A stretch of DNA of 64,000 nucleotides from Eledone cirrhosa (lineage: Eukaryota). Of this stretch, positions 1-13,569 are shown piece by piece. Positions within the stretch are counted from its first letter, which is position 1. Every line of letters starts with the position of its first letter. The position numbers and the translations under genes were made by a program. The notes beneath the pieces are model-generated. The model was not told the origin of the DNA. It did not search any database and saw only the letters and a program-made list of their open reading frames with translations. The stretch is taken from NCBI GenBank assembly GCA_964016885.1, contig OZ024741.1:97154001-97218000 (forward strand). Direction: 5' to 3'.

Positions 1-1919
1 ATATGGTCAATGGTCTCTGGTTGTTTTTTGCATACACGGCATAATGGGCTGCATCCATTTTTTATTATGTTGGCATGGTAATTTTTTGTTGGCAGACACT
101 GATCTTGTGCCGATATAATCAGTCCTTCAGTCTCCGATTTCAGTCCAGAGGATGCCAACCACTGATGGGTTAAAGTTTTGTCAACATCAGGATTGTTAGC
201 TCGCTCTGGGTATTTTCCATACAGAGGCTTTTCTTGCCAATTCTTAGCCAGTTTCTGTAGCAGTTCTTTCTTTGCAGTTACTTTTACCTGCTTTGCTTTT
301 TCTGTGTTTTCCATTTCAGCAGTAAATGGGACTTCTGAAATTTGTAGTCCATTACTGTATCTTTGTGCATCTTTTGTAATGGAATATGATCTTTTGATGC
401 TTTCCTGTTTCAAAACGAGTTTGATCATCCAATCATGTGATTCCCTTAGATATGTAGATAATCCAATTGTTGCAGTTTTCAACGCAATGTCTAACTGGAT
501 TAACCCACGTCCTCATTCTTTCCTAGGGAGATATATTCTATCTATATCTGCCTTAGGGTGATGCATTCTGTGCATGGTTAAGAATTTTCGAATTTTTGTA
601 TCGAGCCTACGGATCTCTGTGCTTGACCAGTTGATGACATTGTAACTGTAGGTTACTACTGGTATGGCAAGCGTGTTTATGGCATCGATCCTATTCCTTG
701 CATTCAATTCCGTTCTTAAGATTGCTCTTACTCTGCGGTAACATTCCTTCCTTATCCTTTCCCTCATTGTCGAGTGCTTGATTCCGACTCCTTCACAAAC
801 ACCTAGATATTTGTAAGTTTTTTCTTGATCAAGTTCTCTTATCACGTTCCCCCGATCAAGATTAATATCTGAACTCCTCAGCAGCTTTTCTCTGGTGAAC
901 GTTGCTTTGGCGCATTTATCTAGTCCAAACTCCATTTTAATGTCATCACTGAACTGCTTGACAGTGGATAATAGCCCTTGCAATTGTTCATCATTTTTTG
1001 CAAATAGTTTCATGTCATCCATGTAGAACAGGTGATTAATGGTTTTGTCATAGACTTTATATCCATGTTTTGTTTCATTGAGCATTTTACTTAATGGTAT
1101 AAGTGCGATGCAGAATAAAAGCGGTGATAAAGGGTCACCCTGAAAAATTCCACAATTAATATTAACTTCTCCAGCTTCCAGTGATTTTGTTTCACTATTC
1201 AAAAGGAGTGTCGTTTTCCATGTCTTCATACTGAATGACAAAAACCTCCTGACAACGGGGGATATTTTGAAAATCTCTAAACATTTTTCAATCCAACTGT
1301 GTGGCAAACTATCGAATGCTTTTTTTATAATCTATCCAAGCAATCGATAGATTTTTGTGTTCATTATGACAATCTTCCAGTATCATTTTGTTAACCAGAA
1401 GCTGATCCTTACAGCCATATGAGCCTCGTTTACACCCTTTCTGCTCAATGGGAAATAGGTCATTTGTTATCAGGTGGTCATATGTGTATTCAGTTAGGAC
1501 TGATGTTAAAATTTTATACATTGTGGTCAAGCAAGTTATCGGTCTGTAATTTTTGGGATTGTTTGTCTCATCATTCTTCGGAAGCAGGAATGTAATGCCG
1601 TTAACTAGCCATGATGGTATCTTTTCTGGCTCCTTAACTATTTCATTGTAAAGTTGGGCTAACAGCTCATGAGACTCTGTGAAGGCATTTATCCAAAAGC
1701 TTTGTATTTTGTCTTTTCCTGGGGATTTCCATTTGCTGGTTTTTCATAGAGCCAAGCGCAACTGTTCAACTGTTATATTTTCCCATGTTTGTTCCTCAAG
1801 GTGAGCTGTATCTTTCATTTGTCTGTCTATCCATGGGGCATGTATGTTATGAACTTTTTCTTCGGCCCAGATCTTTTCCCAGAATTCTTGCACTTCCTCC
1901 TTGGGTGGTATTGATTTAG

Positions 1920-1920
<1 letters not shown>
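1..1920 (-). mobile_element. Dong/R4-clade non-LTR retrotransposon, 5'-truncated, disrupted RT ORF (runs off window edge)
   Basis: Minus-strand ORFs 1309-1530 and 513-1307 (frameshift) give NYRPITCL, EQKG, DYKKAFDS, GIFQGDPLSPLLF, LFYMDD, YKYLG, DRIYLPRKE*GRGL. Downstream reads ETEGLIISAQDQ and CRMC..ETIDH (start of CCHC). The 5' end abuts (TAA)n on the sense strand, as known for Dong. Confidence 0.9.

Positions 1921-2001
<81 letters not shown>
1921..2001. repeat. (TTA)n microsatellite between Dong and Tx1 elements
   Basis: About 27 perfect TTA units. Confidence 0.98.
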
Positions 2002-2211
2002 GGCGACCTACGTAGTAAATCGTATCATCGTGAGCTCCGCAAAGGTTTGTTATTTCCGTTTGTTAAAAATTGCCATTTATGGAACATTTTTATTGTTAAC
2101 TATATATGAGCGCACATACATTGTGTTCCGAAAAGGACACCCAAAAAGATTGAGGCCTTGTGCCCAAAATTTAAACTTTTATGATTATCAAAAAATTTCT
2201 TTGAAAAAAAA

Positions 2212-4234
2212 ATGGCTAATTCACCTCTGAACCAAGCAGCTGAAAGCCTTCCTCACAAATTAACACCTCACACCGACACCACCATTGTAAATGATACTAC
2301 GTTTGCTAACACAAACAATTTAAGCACTAGCAATATTTTAAATTTGTCTCAGGCAGACATTCATTTCCCGCCATTACCAATGACTGCAGGTGTTAAAGCC
2401 GCCACCACCAGCACCGCGACAACCCCCACCCCACCACCCCCACGACAACAGAAACAAAAGGAAAAAATAAATCAACTCGTGATGTCGAAATATTTTCAGC
2501 CAAAATGGACTCTTCCAAACCGAACTCCACTGACTCACCACCACCACAACTGAAACTAATATTAATAATAACAAAAATAACGATAACAACAACAACAACA
2601 ATGACATTAAAAAAACCACCCTGAGTTTTGCCAGAGTAGCAAAACAGTGCGAAGCATTTACGGTAACTCAAGAGGAATTAGAAAATGCCAAAAAAATGGT
2701 AAAGAAAGATGGGTACAGGGTCAGCCTCACCCCCACACCCCACCTAATAAAATGGAGCATCGGCGCCTATGCACCGTGTCGTATCGAACAATAAATGTAA
2801 AATCGCGCCGAGTGGAACGGGCATCCCAGTCCCAAATCCAAAAAGTTTGGGACATGTGTGGGCTAGAAAAACCCACATCAGACGGCGGCAGAAGTATGGA
2901 ACCGTGGACGTGTTCTTTGAAACACCAGAGGAGGCTAGAGAAAACTCCATGGTCCCATTAAGAAGTGACGACTTCACACTCGTCCCAAGCTATTATGGCC
3001 AGAGACTCGTAAAGATCAGGGTGACCCACGTTCCACCGGCCATCGAAATTTCCTGGCTAATAGCGGCCGTCCTCGCCGGCATCGAAGCCAACACAAAGAT
3101 AATAGGAATAGCAAAAGAAAAGCAGGAGAACTGGTCCGGAACTGGGATGGAGCTCCTGATCCAAGCGGACCAAAAAAGCTATGAGGAGATACCAGAGGTA
3201 ATCGACCCCACTGACGGCAGCCACCTAACCGTAATTGTCGAGGGCAGAAGGCCTAGGTGTGTCGTTTGTGGTGAAGGAACCCACCTAAGGGCTTTCTGCC
3301 CTCAGGCTAAAATGTTGAGGCCACCTCTCCTACCCACCCCAGTGACGCACCCATCAACACCACCAGTAGCAGAGATGGCAGCAACAACTGTAGCAGCAAC
3401 AACAGAAGCAACTATAACAGCAACAACCCCAGCAACAGTAGCAAAATCCAAAACCACCACCACCACCAGCAAAACCAACACCACTACCACCCAACGCTTC
3501 AGAACTAGCACCAGCGCCTACACCATCCACCACGCCACAGCCAAAGCTAACGCCTGTGGAGGATGTTCCACTCCCCGGCCTATCACAACTGGAGACAGAT
3601 TGTGACGACGAGGAGTGGGAAACGGTATCAGGGAAAATAAAAAGAAACCAAAAAGAAAAAAATTCTCTTCCTTCCCCCTCCAAAAACAAAATACAGAGGG
3701 AAACAAATAAATTAACAAACAAAAAAGTTAGGACAGATATGCCACCATCCAGACCAGCATCACCAACCCCATCACCCCAAACACCAACACCATCACCATC
3801 ATTAACCCCAACACCACCATCACCTACACCACAAAAGTCACCAAAACGCGAAACAGAAACAAACCCACAACAAACGCAAACAAAACAAAACAACCAAAAC
3901 GATACACACTACACAGCATTAAATTTGAACAACAACCAATTATTACACTACATCCAACACAACACCAGCATCACAGAAAAAGACTACACAACAACCCAAA
4001 AATTCACACCACCTCCACACATACAAATCATTCGCATCACACAGAAAACGTACATGACACTAAAACAAAAATTCCCCAAAGACATCGGAGACTTCCGACA
4101 AGCTCTCTCCAGGAGGATTTATAAGGACATCCTTCCTGAGGAGGCCACAAGCAGTGAAAAGTATGGAAAAACCGTCCTTCCTCTACGAGAAGTAAGGCAA
4201 GTGGTCTTTCCCATCTTTTCCACTCCTTTTCAAC
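2212..4234 (+). pseudogene. Tx1 ORF1 (gag-like nucleic-acid-binding protein), disrupted
   Basis: Fragments 2212-2553, 2769-3605 and 3556-4234. CCHC knuckle CVVCGEGTHLRAFC, LSFARVA motif, Thr/Pro-rich low-complexity linkers, several stops and frameshifts. Confidence 0.8.
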
Positions 4235-7200
4235 ATGACCTCACTCAGAATAGGCAGCATAAATGCGCGTGGCTTGGGGTCGTCATGGAAGCAGGGCCAC
4301 CTGCTCAACGACCTCAAGTCACTAAACATAGATGTAGTGGCCATCAGCGAGACCAGAATCTCCGAAGCACGGGCCTTCGCACCGATCTTCGGAGGCTACG
4401 ATGTGTACGCATCTCCCAGCCGTCCGGGATCGGGGGGGGGGGGAGTTGCTGTGCTTTTTCGGAGAGGTTTGGATCTTGCCATACGGGCCATCTTCCTGGA
4501 CCCAGAAGGTAAGTTGGTGTTGCTGGACGTGACCAGCGGAGAAGGGCAAGCTTTCAGGTTAGTCGCCTTCTATGCCCCGACAGGAGCAGGGCGGCCTGAT
4601 TACTCCGGCGCCTGGAGACCTTTCTTGGAACGTCCCGCTCTTTAGTGTTAGTGGGCGACTGGAACGGGATCTTAGATGCACGTTGGGATTGTGTAGGATT
4701 AGTGGGTAGGGAGGAGGGTGCAAGAGTCTCACCAACCTGCTCAGGCGTTTTGAACTGTCTGACAGGTACCGATTGGATTTCCCAAATGTACCATTGTGGA
4801 CTTGGACAAATCGCATAGGGTCATCCAGATCTTATCTAGATAGAGTATTTTGTAGGGAAATAGATACGTCTAGCATAGGCTGTCCACAATTCAAGATAGT
4901 CAGCTACACGGACCACACATTCGTGATCTGTGTGCTTGACTTAGATAGGCTTCATAGACGAGGACCCTGCTACTGGAAGCTAAACGCGTCCTTACCAGCG
5001 CGCAAGGCCTACAGAGACCGGATCAGCGAACTAGTTAAGCGGGCGTTGACGGGAGCCATCGTCAATAACACGTAGTGGTTTGCTCTGAAAAGAGCAATTA
5101 GAATAGAGTCCATTAGGTTTAGTAAGGCTTTAGCAATAGAGACAAATAGAGCAGAGGGAGAATTAGTTAGAAAATTAGACGAGGCGCTTTGCAAAGGCAT
5201 CGCGACCGACGTACTTGCGGCGAAATTGGCCCTTGACCAATTCTTCAATGCAAAGCACGAAGGCTGCGTTGTCAGAGCTAGGGTGCGTGCTCTCAGACAC
5301 GAGGGGATGAAAGCCGTTCAATGAGCCCGAGTGGCGGAGGCGTGTCGTGGCAACAAAGCCACGATCCGGTCTTTGGTGGACCACGACGGGCGCATGCTAC
5401 TCGATCCCGGGAAAATGTGTGAAGCTTTTCAGCGACACTTCGCTCAACTGTTCGGGGGCAGTGGCGGGCCGGATCGAGGGATGGACTTTAGTGTCTACCT
5501 CGACGGACTGACGCCGCTCTCGGCCACTGAGGCGGAGTGTTGCGAAAAGCCGATAACAGCTGCTGAAATACGGGAGGCAATGACTGGCTGAACAAGGGGT
5601 AAATCGCCTGGTTTGGATGGTCTGCTCTATGAACTTTACGTACAAATGCCAGACTTGTTCGGAGGCCTCTCGGCGGACGTCTACTGCAACTGGCAACAGA
5701 ACGGGAGAATTCCCAGCTATGTGAGCCGAGGAGCGGTGGCGCTGCTGAGAAAGGATCCGAACAAGGGGGATAACATAGATAATTTTAGGCCCATAACTCT
5801 GCTAAACACAGAGTTCAAGATTTTGGCCAAGGTGCTAGCAAAGAGGTTGGCGCTTGTCGTTGGTGGTCTGGTGGGAGAAGCGTAGACATGCGCCATTCCC
5901 GACAGATCCATCCACGACCAACCTCCACCTCATGCGATACATCGTAGAGAGGGTAGCTAGGGAACCTGGCACGGGTGGGTCTTTGATCAATTTAGATCAG
6001 TTGAAAGCCTTCGATAGGGTCTACCATCGTTACCTAGCGGCAGTCCTGAGGGCGGCTGGCTTTGGGCCCGTCTTCAGAGGCTGGATCGCTGCCATGCACA
6101 GCGACATCTGCTCTGTAGTTAGAGTGAACGTTCACCTTTCGGAAACGTTCAACACCATGCGATCAGTCCGCCAAGGATGTCCCCTCTCGTCCCTATTGTA
6201 CGTATTGACTCTCGAGCCATTACTGCACAAACTGGAGACGTTGAGGGGGGGGGTCCCGCGCGAACTAGGATGCGGAAGATCCGTGTCAGCATATGCGGAC
6301 GATGTCACCGTAGTGGTGTCGAACGCCAAACACATCCAGGGGATCGGCACTACACTAAGAGAATACGAAGCGGTGACAGGAGCAATGATCAACCAGGAAA
6401 AGTCAGTGGGTCTGCAGCTCGGCACCTGGAGAGGCAGGTCTATGCCGTCCAACAGCGTCGTCGGGCGCTGGACGGACGGACCGGTTAAATTGCTAGGGGT
6501 CTGGTTCGGTCCAGACCTCCAGACGGACAAGAACTAGGACGAGGTGACGAGCAGGGTGGCTTCTCTCACCCAGAAATGGGCCGAGAGGAAGCTATCCCCG
6601 AAAGGTCGAGCGGAGGTGGCTAACGCGTACATCGCGTCCGTCATCTCCTACCTCCTGACCGTCGTATCTTGTCCTAAGCCCCGCTTGACTTCGCTGGAGC
6701 GTTTGGTCTTTTGCTTTTTGTGGAAGGGACGCGCTCCGATGGTCAGGCGGTCCATCTGCTGTTGTGACCCTCTACGTGGGGGGCTGGGCATGCCGTGGCT
6801 TATGATGCACAGACACGCGCTCAGGATACGACATCTCCACCTCTTCCTCGATGGTGATCAGGTGTGGTCGCTGTTTGCTAGACACGTCTTTCCCCAGCTC
6901 GTCTCCTGGACGGAGCTGCAGTCCTGGGTCAAGCGAAGACCGAGAGGGAGCGCTTGGAGACTGGAATGTCTTCAGGCGCTCACAGCCTTCGATCAATCGG
7001 GCAATGTGATCGGTGGAAACTCCACCTTGGCGTTCTATAGAGGATTAGTGGAGGGGAAGAACGCCGACGTACTTGGAGAAACTCTAGGCGTCGACGAAAA
7101 TCAACTAGCCAATCTCTTCGGAAGGACTTTCGGGCCGGGGCCTATGGACAACTTCCAGATATCCCTGGCCTGGCAGTGCTACCGTTGAGCTTTGCCAGTT

Positions 7201-7657
7201 CGGGATAAACTCTACAGGCATGGAGGTGCCGTCAGCCGGGCTGTCCGAGATGCGTGCAGGGCGACGAAACCGTCCTGCACGCACTCGTCCAGTGTCCGAG
7301 CATTGCTGACTTGTGGGTTTATGTCGAACACCTGCTGTCACGTGTAGGACGGATCCAGTTATCAGCTGAGTCCATCGTGAGGATTGCCCCGCCCTCTTCC
7401 GTAAGCCGGGAAGGGCAGGCAGTTTTTATCTGTCTGGTGGCCATGGCGAAAGAGATAGTATGGTGGACACGTTTGAAAGGGCTGAAGACGAGCACTTACC
7501 TCTTCGGTGATGCCCTGATTAACTTTTTCAAATTTCATTTGAAAAGGAAAATCAGGGTAGAGAGGGAAGGGCCCTCTTCCAACATTTTGTTGAAAGATGA
7601 GTGAGAGAAGCAAGTATGGCCCGAATGAATGGGCCTTCTCTGAGTATGTGTCTGTAA
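4235..7657 (+). pseudogene. Tx1 ORF2 (APE endonuclease - reverse transcriptase - zinc finger), disrupted
   Basis: APE motifs IGSINARGL, VVAISET, VGDWN, SYLDRVF, TDH. RT motifs SPGLDG, NFRPITLLN, KAFDRV, VRQGCPLS, AYADD. C-terminal CPRCVQGDETVLHALVQC. Split into 7 or more ORFs by stops and frameshifts. Confidence 0.93.
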
Positions 7658-7902
7658 ATTAAAGGTGGAAAACTGGGAGAGGGCACTTGCCCTGGTGGTC
7701 AGAGTCACTGTGGTCTTTTAATGGGCTTTCTCCACAAATGTCCCTCGGAGGTCTCCCCCCCTATTGGGGAATTTTTCTTTGTTATTTTATTACATCCTCT
7801 GTTTTTTTACACGCAGAAATGCCCATTTGTACCGTCCTGCATTGTCCTGTCCTGTCCTTAATGTCTACTTTATGTAAACCCTTGTGGTTAATAAAGAAAA
7901 CT

Positions 7903-7925
7903 TTATTATTATTATTATTATTATT
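7903..7925. repeat. (TTA)n tract shared by the Tx1 3' end and the Dong 3' end
   Basis: About 7-8 TTA units at a tail-to-tail junction. Confidence 0.95.
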
Positions 7926-9727
7926 CCTTGAATCTCAGTCATTGATGTTAGTTAACTGGAAAGTTTGTTGGAATGAATATCAAGCCACTACCTGCAGCCT
8001 CAGATATTCAGGACGTATCGGAGGGTTCTTGCTGTTCCCAGCAAGCATGTCTTTTGAAGCGTTCCAAAAAGCGTGAAGGGGCCGATTTTCTTTAACCATC
8101 CCTGGAAATTTTTGGAGATAGTCCCCAGTGAGCCTATGACAATCGGGATCACTTTGACTTCATGGCAGTTCCAAATCCTTTTTACCTCCCACTTTAAGTC
8201 CTGGTATCGGTTAATTTTCTCCCTCTCCTTCTCTTGCACTCTCGTGTCGAATGGGCAGGCCACATCCACAATCAGACACGATCTTTTTACTTTGTCCACA
8301 ACCACCAGGTGAGGTCTATTGTGATCCAGTTTCTTGTCCGTCTGTATCATAAAGTCCCACAGCACCTACACCTGATCGTTCTCCATCACCGCCTCTGGCC
8401 TATGCTCATACCATTTCTCAGCATGTGGTAAATTGTTTACTTTGCACAGGTGCCAGTGGATCACCCTGCCCATCACATCATGTCTCCAGCCCTTATAGTG
8501 AGTCTGGGCTAGGTGTTTACACTCGGATACAATGTGAGCCACAGTCTCCTCTCTCTCTCTCAACAGATCCTGCACAGTGGGCTAGCCTCCTCCTTGTAAA
8601 TATGGTGTTTCAACCACTTCGTTTTGAGGGCCTGCTCCTGCGCAGCCATTAATATTCCTTCTGTAGCCTTTTTAAGGTCTCCTCTTCTCAACCAGTTCCA
8701 TGTCTGTGGATCTCTAGATTCAGTTTTCTCAAAGAAGGTACTATGAAGGGATTTTTCCTGAAGGCTGCTCTTTCTCCTTGATGTTATTTCCTCCTTGGAC
8801 ATCCCCTGGCCTATTGTCCCCTCCTTCAGTACAGTTCTGAGCATTGGCTCCTTACTATCAGTCACGTATTTGTGCAGGTTGTTTTTCTCCATCTGAACAC
8901 AGTCCTCTATGCTGATAAGACCTCTTCCACCTTCAGATCTCCTTAGGTAGAGTCTATCGACATCACTCCTCTTGTGGAACATGTTGTAGATAGTCAATAG
9001 CTTCCTAGTCTTCCTATCCATTTCTTTTTGTTCAGCAACATTCCATCTCAGAATTCCCGCACTGTACCTAATAATAGACACAGCTCGGGAATTTACTGCG
9101 CTTATGGCATTTCTGCTGTTCAGATGTGACTTCAATACGCTCCTTACTCTCCGAATGTATTCAGTTCTTAACAATTCCTTCATTTTTTTGTTCTTTATGC
9201 CATCAGCCTCCAGAACGCCCAAATACTTGTATCCTTCCTCAGAGTCAATTTCCTTTATCATCTCACCTGTTGGTATCTGGATTCCGTTACTTCAGCTCAA
9301 CCTACCCCTCCTCATCACAATGACTCCACACTTACTAATACCAAACTGCATACATATATCACTGCTGAAAATACGGACAGTGTCAACAAGCACATCCAAC
9401 TCCTTCTCACTCTTCCCGAAGAGCTTAAGATCGTCCATGCAGAGGAGGTGATTGATGGTAAGCCCTCCCTTTCCCAACCCGTATCCTGCTCTCACTTTTC
9501 GCAGTACACTGGTCAGGGGCATCAGGGCAAGAATAAACAACAGGGGGGGACAGGCTACCTCTCTTGATCTTCACGCTTCCCAAGGATTCTCCAGTTGATG
9601 TCAACTCTGTTTCCCAGGACCTCATACTCTTCCCCAACAACTGTCTGATGTTATCTGCCACCTTGAAGATCTCCAGGCTTTTGGTGATCCAAGAATGAGG
9701 CACCATGTCAAATGCCTTTCTGTAGTC

Positions 9728-9729
<2 letters not shown>
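7926..9729 (-). mobile_element. Second Dong/R4-clade element (different family), 5'-truncated, with RT, CCHC and REL endonuclease
   Basis: IDYRKAFDMVPHSW, LCMDDLKLF, YKYLG, EGGRGL, CRIC..ETVAHIVSEC, and REL domain HNRPHLVVVDK..IVDVACP..EKINRY..VIPIVIGSLG. Stop at 8000, then a short 3'UTR. (TAA)n on both sides. Confidence 0.92.

Positions 9730-9792
<63 letters not shown>
9728..9792. repeat. (TTA)n microsatellite
   Basis: About 21 units. Confidence 0.97.
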
Positions 9793-9794
<2 letters not shown>

Positions 9795-11035
9795 TCTGTT
9801 GCTACCGTGGCCGGTGCGGGGACACTACCACACATTCATCAACCAACGCCAGCACCAGCAGTAGCAAAGGCAGAAACAACAGCAATAGACTTTAAACACA
9901 AGGGGAGGATGGGGAAAGATCTCCCACTCCCCACCCTCTTTCCAAACAAATTCGTACATAAAAAACTACACAAACACAAACATACAAACATCTGAAAGTG
10001 ACACAGAGACCACCGTCTTCTTGTAGCACAGACGAGGGACAAACACAAATAGCGGGGAAAAAAACAAAACAAAAAATCAAACAAACAAGAATAACATCAA
10101 ACATCACAGACACAACCGAAAACGCAGGCACCACACATACAGCCAACAAAACCACATCCTCAAGAACACCATCCCCATCACCACAACTGGTAACACCACA
10201 ACCATCCAGATGAAAACTCGTACAATCACAACAACTAATCACAGGCACCAAACTTTGTGCTAATATGAAAAACCGACAAAGAACCGATGGCCCTCATACA
10301 ACAACGTGATGAATTTGAGCGAGACGGGTAGATTTTTTGTCACCAGGACCTTCTAAGTGCCAGTCATTAGTGATAAATAGATAAAAACGTTAGGGGGAAC
10401 TTGCCGCAAGAGGTTGGAGCCCCACATGTAAAAGTAAAATGTTAATCTATCTGGGCATGAAAATCTGATCAGACATATCCGTCCGAGATGTTTCCGAAGC
10501 GACGAAACCGTTCTGTACACACTTGGGATTTGTGTAGTCATGTCGAAGAGCTGTTATCACGAGTGGGGGGATCCGGCTATAGACCCATGCCATCATGAAG
10601 AACACCACGCCATTTTCTTTTGGCGAGGAGGGGCAGCAACCTTTCTGCTGCCCGGTGTCTGTAGCAAAAGGGGTTGTATATTGGACGATGCTGAAAATCC
10701 TGAAGACACACACTCTTCTCTTCGGCTAATCCCTTGTCAACCTTTTCAAGTTTCTCTTGCTGAAAGGTGGGTAAATATTGCCATGATGATTCGTGTGAAG
10801 GGGTCTATTCTGCCCATTCGTCTGTAGACTGGCTGATTTAGATAGGAGAGATGTGCCTACATCGGGTGCACTCGGTGCGTCGGATGGTTCAAGATTGGTG
10901 GGATTCTTGTGACATTCCTGTTTGGTTCTTCTCCCTATTGTCGAATTTGTAATAAATATTTTTCTTAATGTTATTTTTTTTAATACTGTTATTCCTATAT
11001 AAACACCACACTGTCCTGGTATTTTGTAGTGTACC
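9793..11035 (+). mobile_element. Internally deleted Tx1-like remnant
   Basis: ACA/CCA-rich ORF1-like segment, then TGTCCGAGATG..GACGAAACCGT similarity to the ORF2 zinc-finger region at about 7240-7290, then a T-rich 3'UTR. Confidence 0.6.
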
Positions 11036-11044
11036 CTTTAATTC

Positions 11045-11610
11045 TATCTTCGGTCTGAATTCAGGTTTGACCGTTCAAAATTAAGACCTTGTTTTCCGAA
11101 TTCGCAAAAATGCTCATATGTCTGCTTTTCCGAAATTGTACACCTTGGACTTGAGATGTTGCTTCAGTTTGGCCTGGTGGCAGCAGAGTACAACACCACT
11201 GTGACATGGAGGGAAATAAATCCACTACCATGAGTGTCTGATGAGTTTGGCCTCTATGGCGTCCACTGTACTTGTGCTGATATCGTATGTCTACCGAGAC
11301 CAGAAAAGCTCTAGAATCAGCATGTTTTTGCCAGATTGTGTTTGTCTATTACCTGTAATCACTGTTTCCGCAAGTTGCTTGGTTTTGGTTCCCCTTTTCG
11401 TATCATTCATGGTGCCGTCATGCCACTCCCAAAGGAGTTAGACTGGTTCCAGGGTCACTATTCACTGGTTACAGGAAACATGACCGTATCTGCTATTTTC
11501 CAGTTTCGCACAGAGCGGATCTGAGATTTCTTTTGTTTGAACCTCATTCCGCATAAGCGTGATACTAATAAGACATTGTGTTTTTGCATCCATGAGTTTG
11601 TGGCGTCATT
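11045..11610 (-). mobile_element. Degenerate HERO-like (R2-superfamily, REL-type) RT/thumb fragment
   Basis: Frameshift-tolerant minus-strand translation gives CGMRFKQKKSQ, WHDGTMND, IDKHNL, YDISTSTVDAIEAKL. These resemble HERO-clade motifs MKFKPKKSRS, LGRWY and YEI..T.VE..E.KI as I recall them. Confidence 0.5.
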
Positions 11611-12181
11611 TAATTAAATATATATTTCATTAATATTAGGCTGTTTACCAATGCGTACAACCGGTGGTTCGGGTTGGTAAATATGAATGATAGAAAGATA
11701 CTACTAATATATTTTATGGCTTTAAAATATCTATGATAGGGCATTTAAAAACTATATTTCTCAAAATGTTTTATTTATGATATACATTATCTCTATTTTA
11801 TTTATGATATACATTATCTCATTTTGATTTCATTATAAGGAAAATTAACACAGCATTATTCCGAAAAAATTCGGAAGAGAAGTCGCCAAGAGACAAAACC
11901 AGGAACGTATCTCTCAGGAATGAAAATCAATTGATGTCTTGAATAAATGAAACAAAAACATCACACCTCGATTAAGCAATGTGTCATGACACATTTATTC
12001 AATTTTCTGTAATATATGAACAAAAGTATCGGTTGATTTTAATATGAATATATTCCTGGATTCTCTCTTTTTAGGGGTAGACTCCGTTACTCGCATATGT
12101 GCGTATATATGGGAATCAAATACGTTACTTTCACGTGATGTAAATCATTTGGTGCATAGAAATACATGTATGTATTCATGG

Positions 12182-12377
<196 letters not shown>

Positions 12378-13569
12378 GGAATGCGGTTTGTTTATGTGTG
12401 CCTATAATATAATCATCTTTATGATAGCACGAAATAATTCCTTTAGTATTATGCTTATTTTTATTTTAAGCGAAAGTATTTCACACTTCATGTCTGAATT
12501 TCACGTTTTATCGATTTTCGAACAATAATATAATGTACCAACCGATCATATATATTTGTGTATGAAATGGAAACCGTTGTTATGCACTTTAACAATACAG
12601 ACTCTTTTCTTCTTTGTTTCCTGTGAGGCACAAAGAAGATTGGTCGCGTTCACCCGATAGGCATTTTGAAATAATACAATTAAAATTTCCAAACTATGAC
12701 TTTAAAATCATTGAATGTGCAACGCACATTAGCGAAAACATTGTGGGTGAGTGGTGAGCAATGTACAACAGTATAGAAGTATGAGAGAGGTCGATCTTCA
12801 ACCAACAGGTAAAGTAAAATATTTCTGCAGAATTCTTATGATAACAAACATATATCGCATCTTAAATGTTAGTACATATAAAATACTTATGAAATCATAT
12901 ATTTAGTTATTCTGCGATACAAATATTGCAGATAGATTTATCCTTCCTATATGTTTCCATATCCTCTAATACTCTTCAAATAATGTCATAATTTCTGAAA
13001 AATTAGATGCACTTGGAGAACGTTGTGAATTTCTATAAGTATATTAATGTTTATCGTATCTGAAATTATATTATTTCTCAGATAAAACAATATAACATAC
13101 ATAGTGTTTTAGCTGTATGAAGTTTATACAACATACTTATTTCATGAGTTCTAACTTATTTAGTAAATAATTGTAATGATAGTAAGGAATCTATTTCCAT
13201 AGCTGTTTATTTATGTTATTAACATCGGTTTTATTTTAAGTGCTATTATACAAACATAATTATTTAAGTTAATGAAACATGTGCAGATAATTATGATCGT
13301 GTTAAGGCTAAATTGATCATTCAACCAAATAATGTAATTATTTCATTTGGTTGGTGAAGCAGAAGCAGCCAAAAGAAAACTAATTAATATATCATTTAAT
13401 CAATGAACAGAAACAGTTTTATACAAGTTAGTAAATAATATATTAGAAACTGAAAGTTAATTATACTGAATAATATGTATTGATAGAGGTCAAACGTGTC
13501 ACAAAATTGAAACGCAAACCAACATGAAAAGACATAAGAAAATGGAACTCCAATATAATGAATAATAAT

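Larger units (their letters stand above)
2002..7902 (+). mobile_element. Near full-length Tx1-clade (L1 superfamily) non-LTR retrotransposon flanked by (TTA)n
   Basis: 5'UTR, ORF1 with zinc knuckle, ORF2 with APE + RT + C-terminal CxxC..H..C, 3'UTR with AATAAA at 7890-7895. (TTA)n directly flanks both ends. Confidence 0.92.

Noticed and set aside
2002-2070. HDV-like ribozyme at the Tx1 5' end (starts GGCGACC, later GGTTTGTT)
   Set aside because: Could not build P2, P3, P1.1 or J4/2 convincingly by eye.
3556-4512. 318 aa ORF as an independent gene
   Set aside because: Frameshifted C-terminal part of Tx1 ORF1 reading into ORF2 out of frame.
11238-11260. CTGATGAG hammerhead core
   Set aside because: No stem II or GAAA follows; lies antisense within a coding relic.
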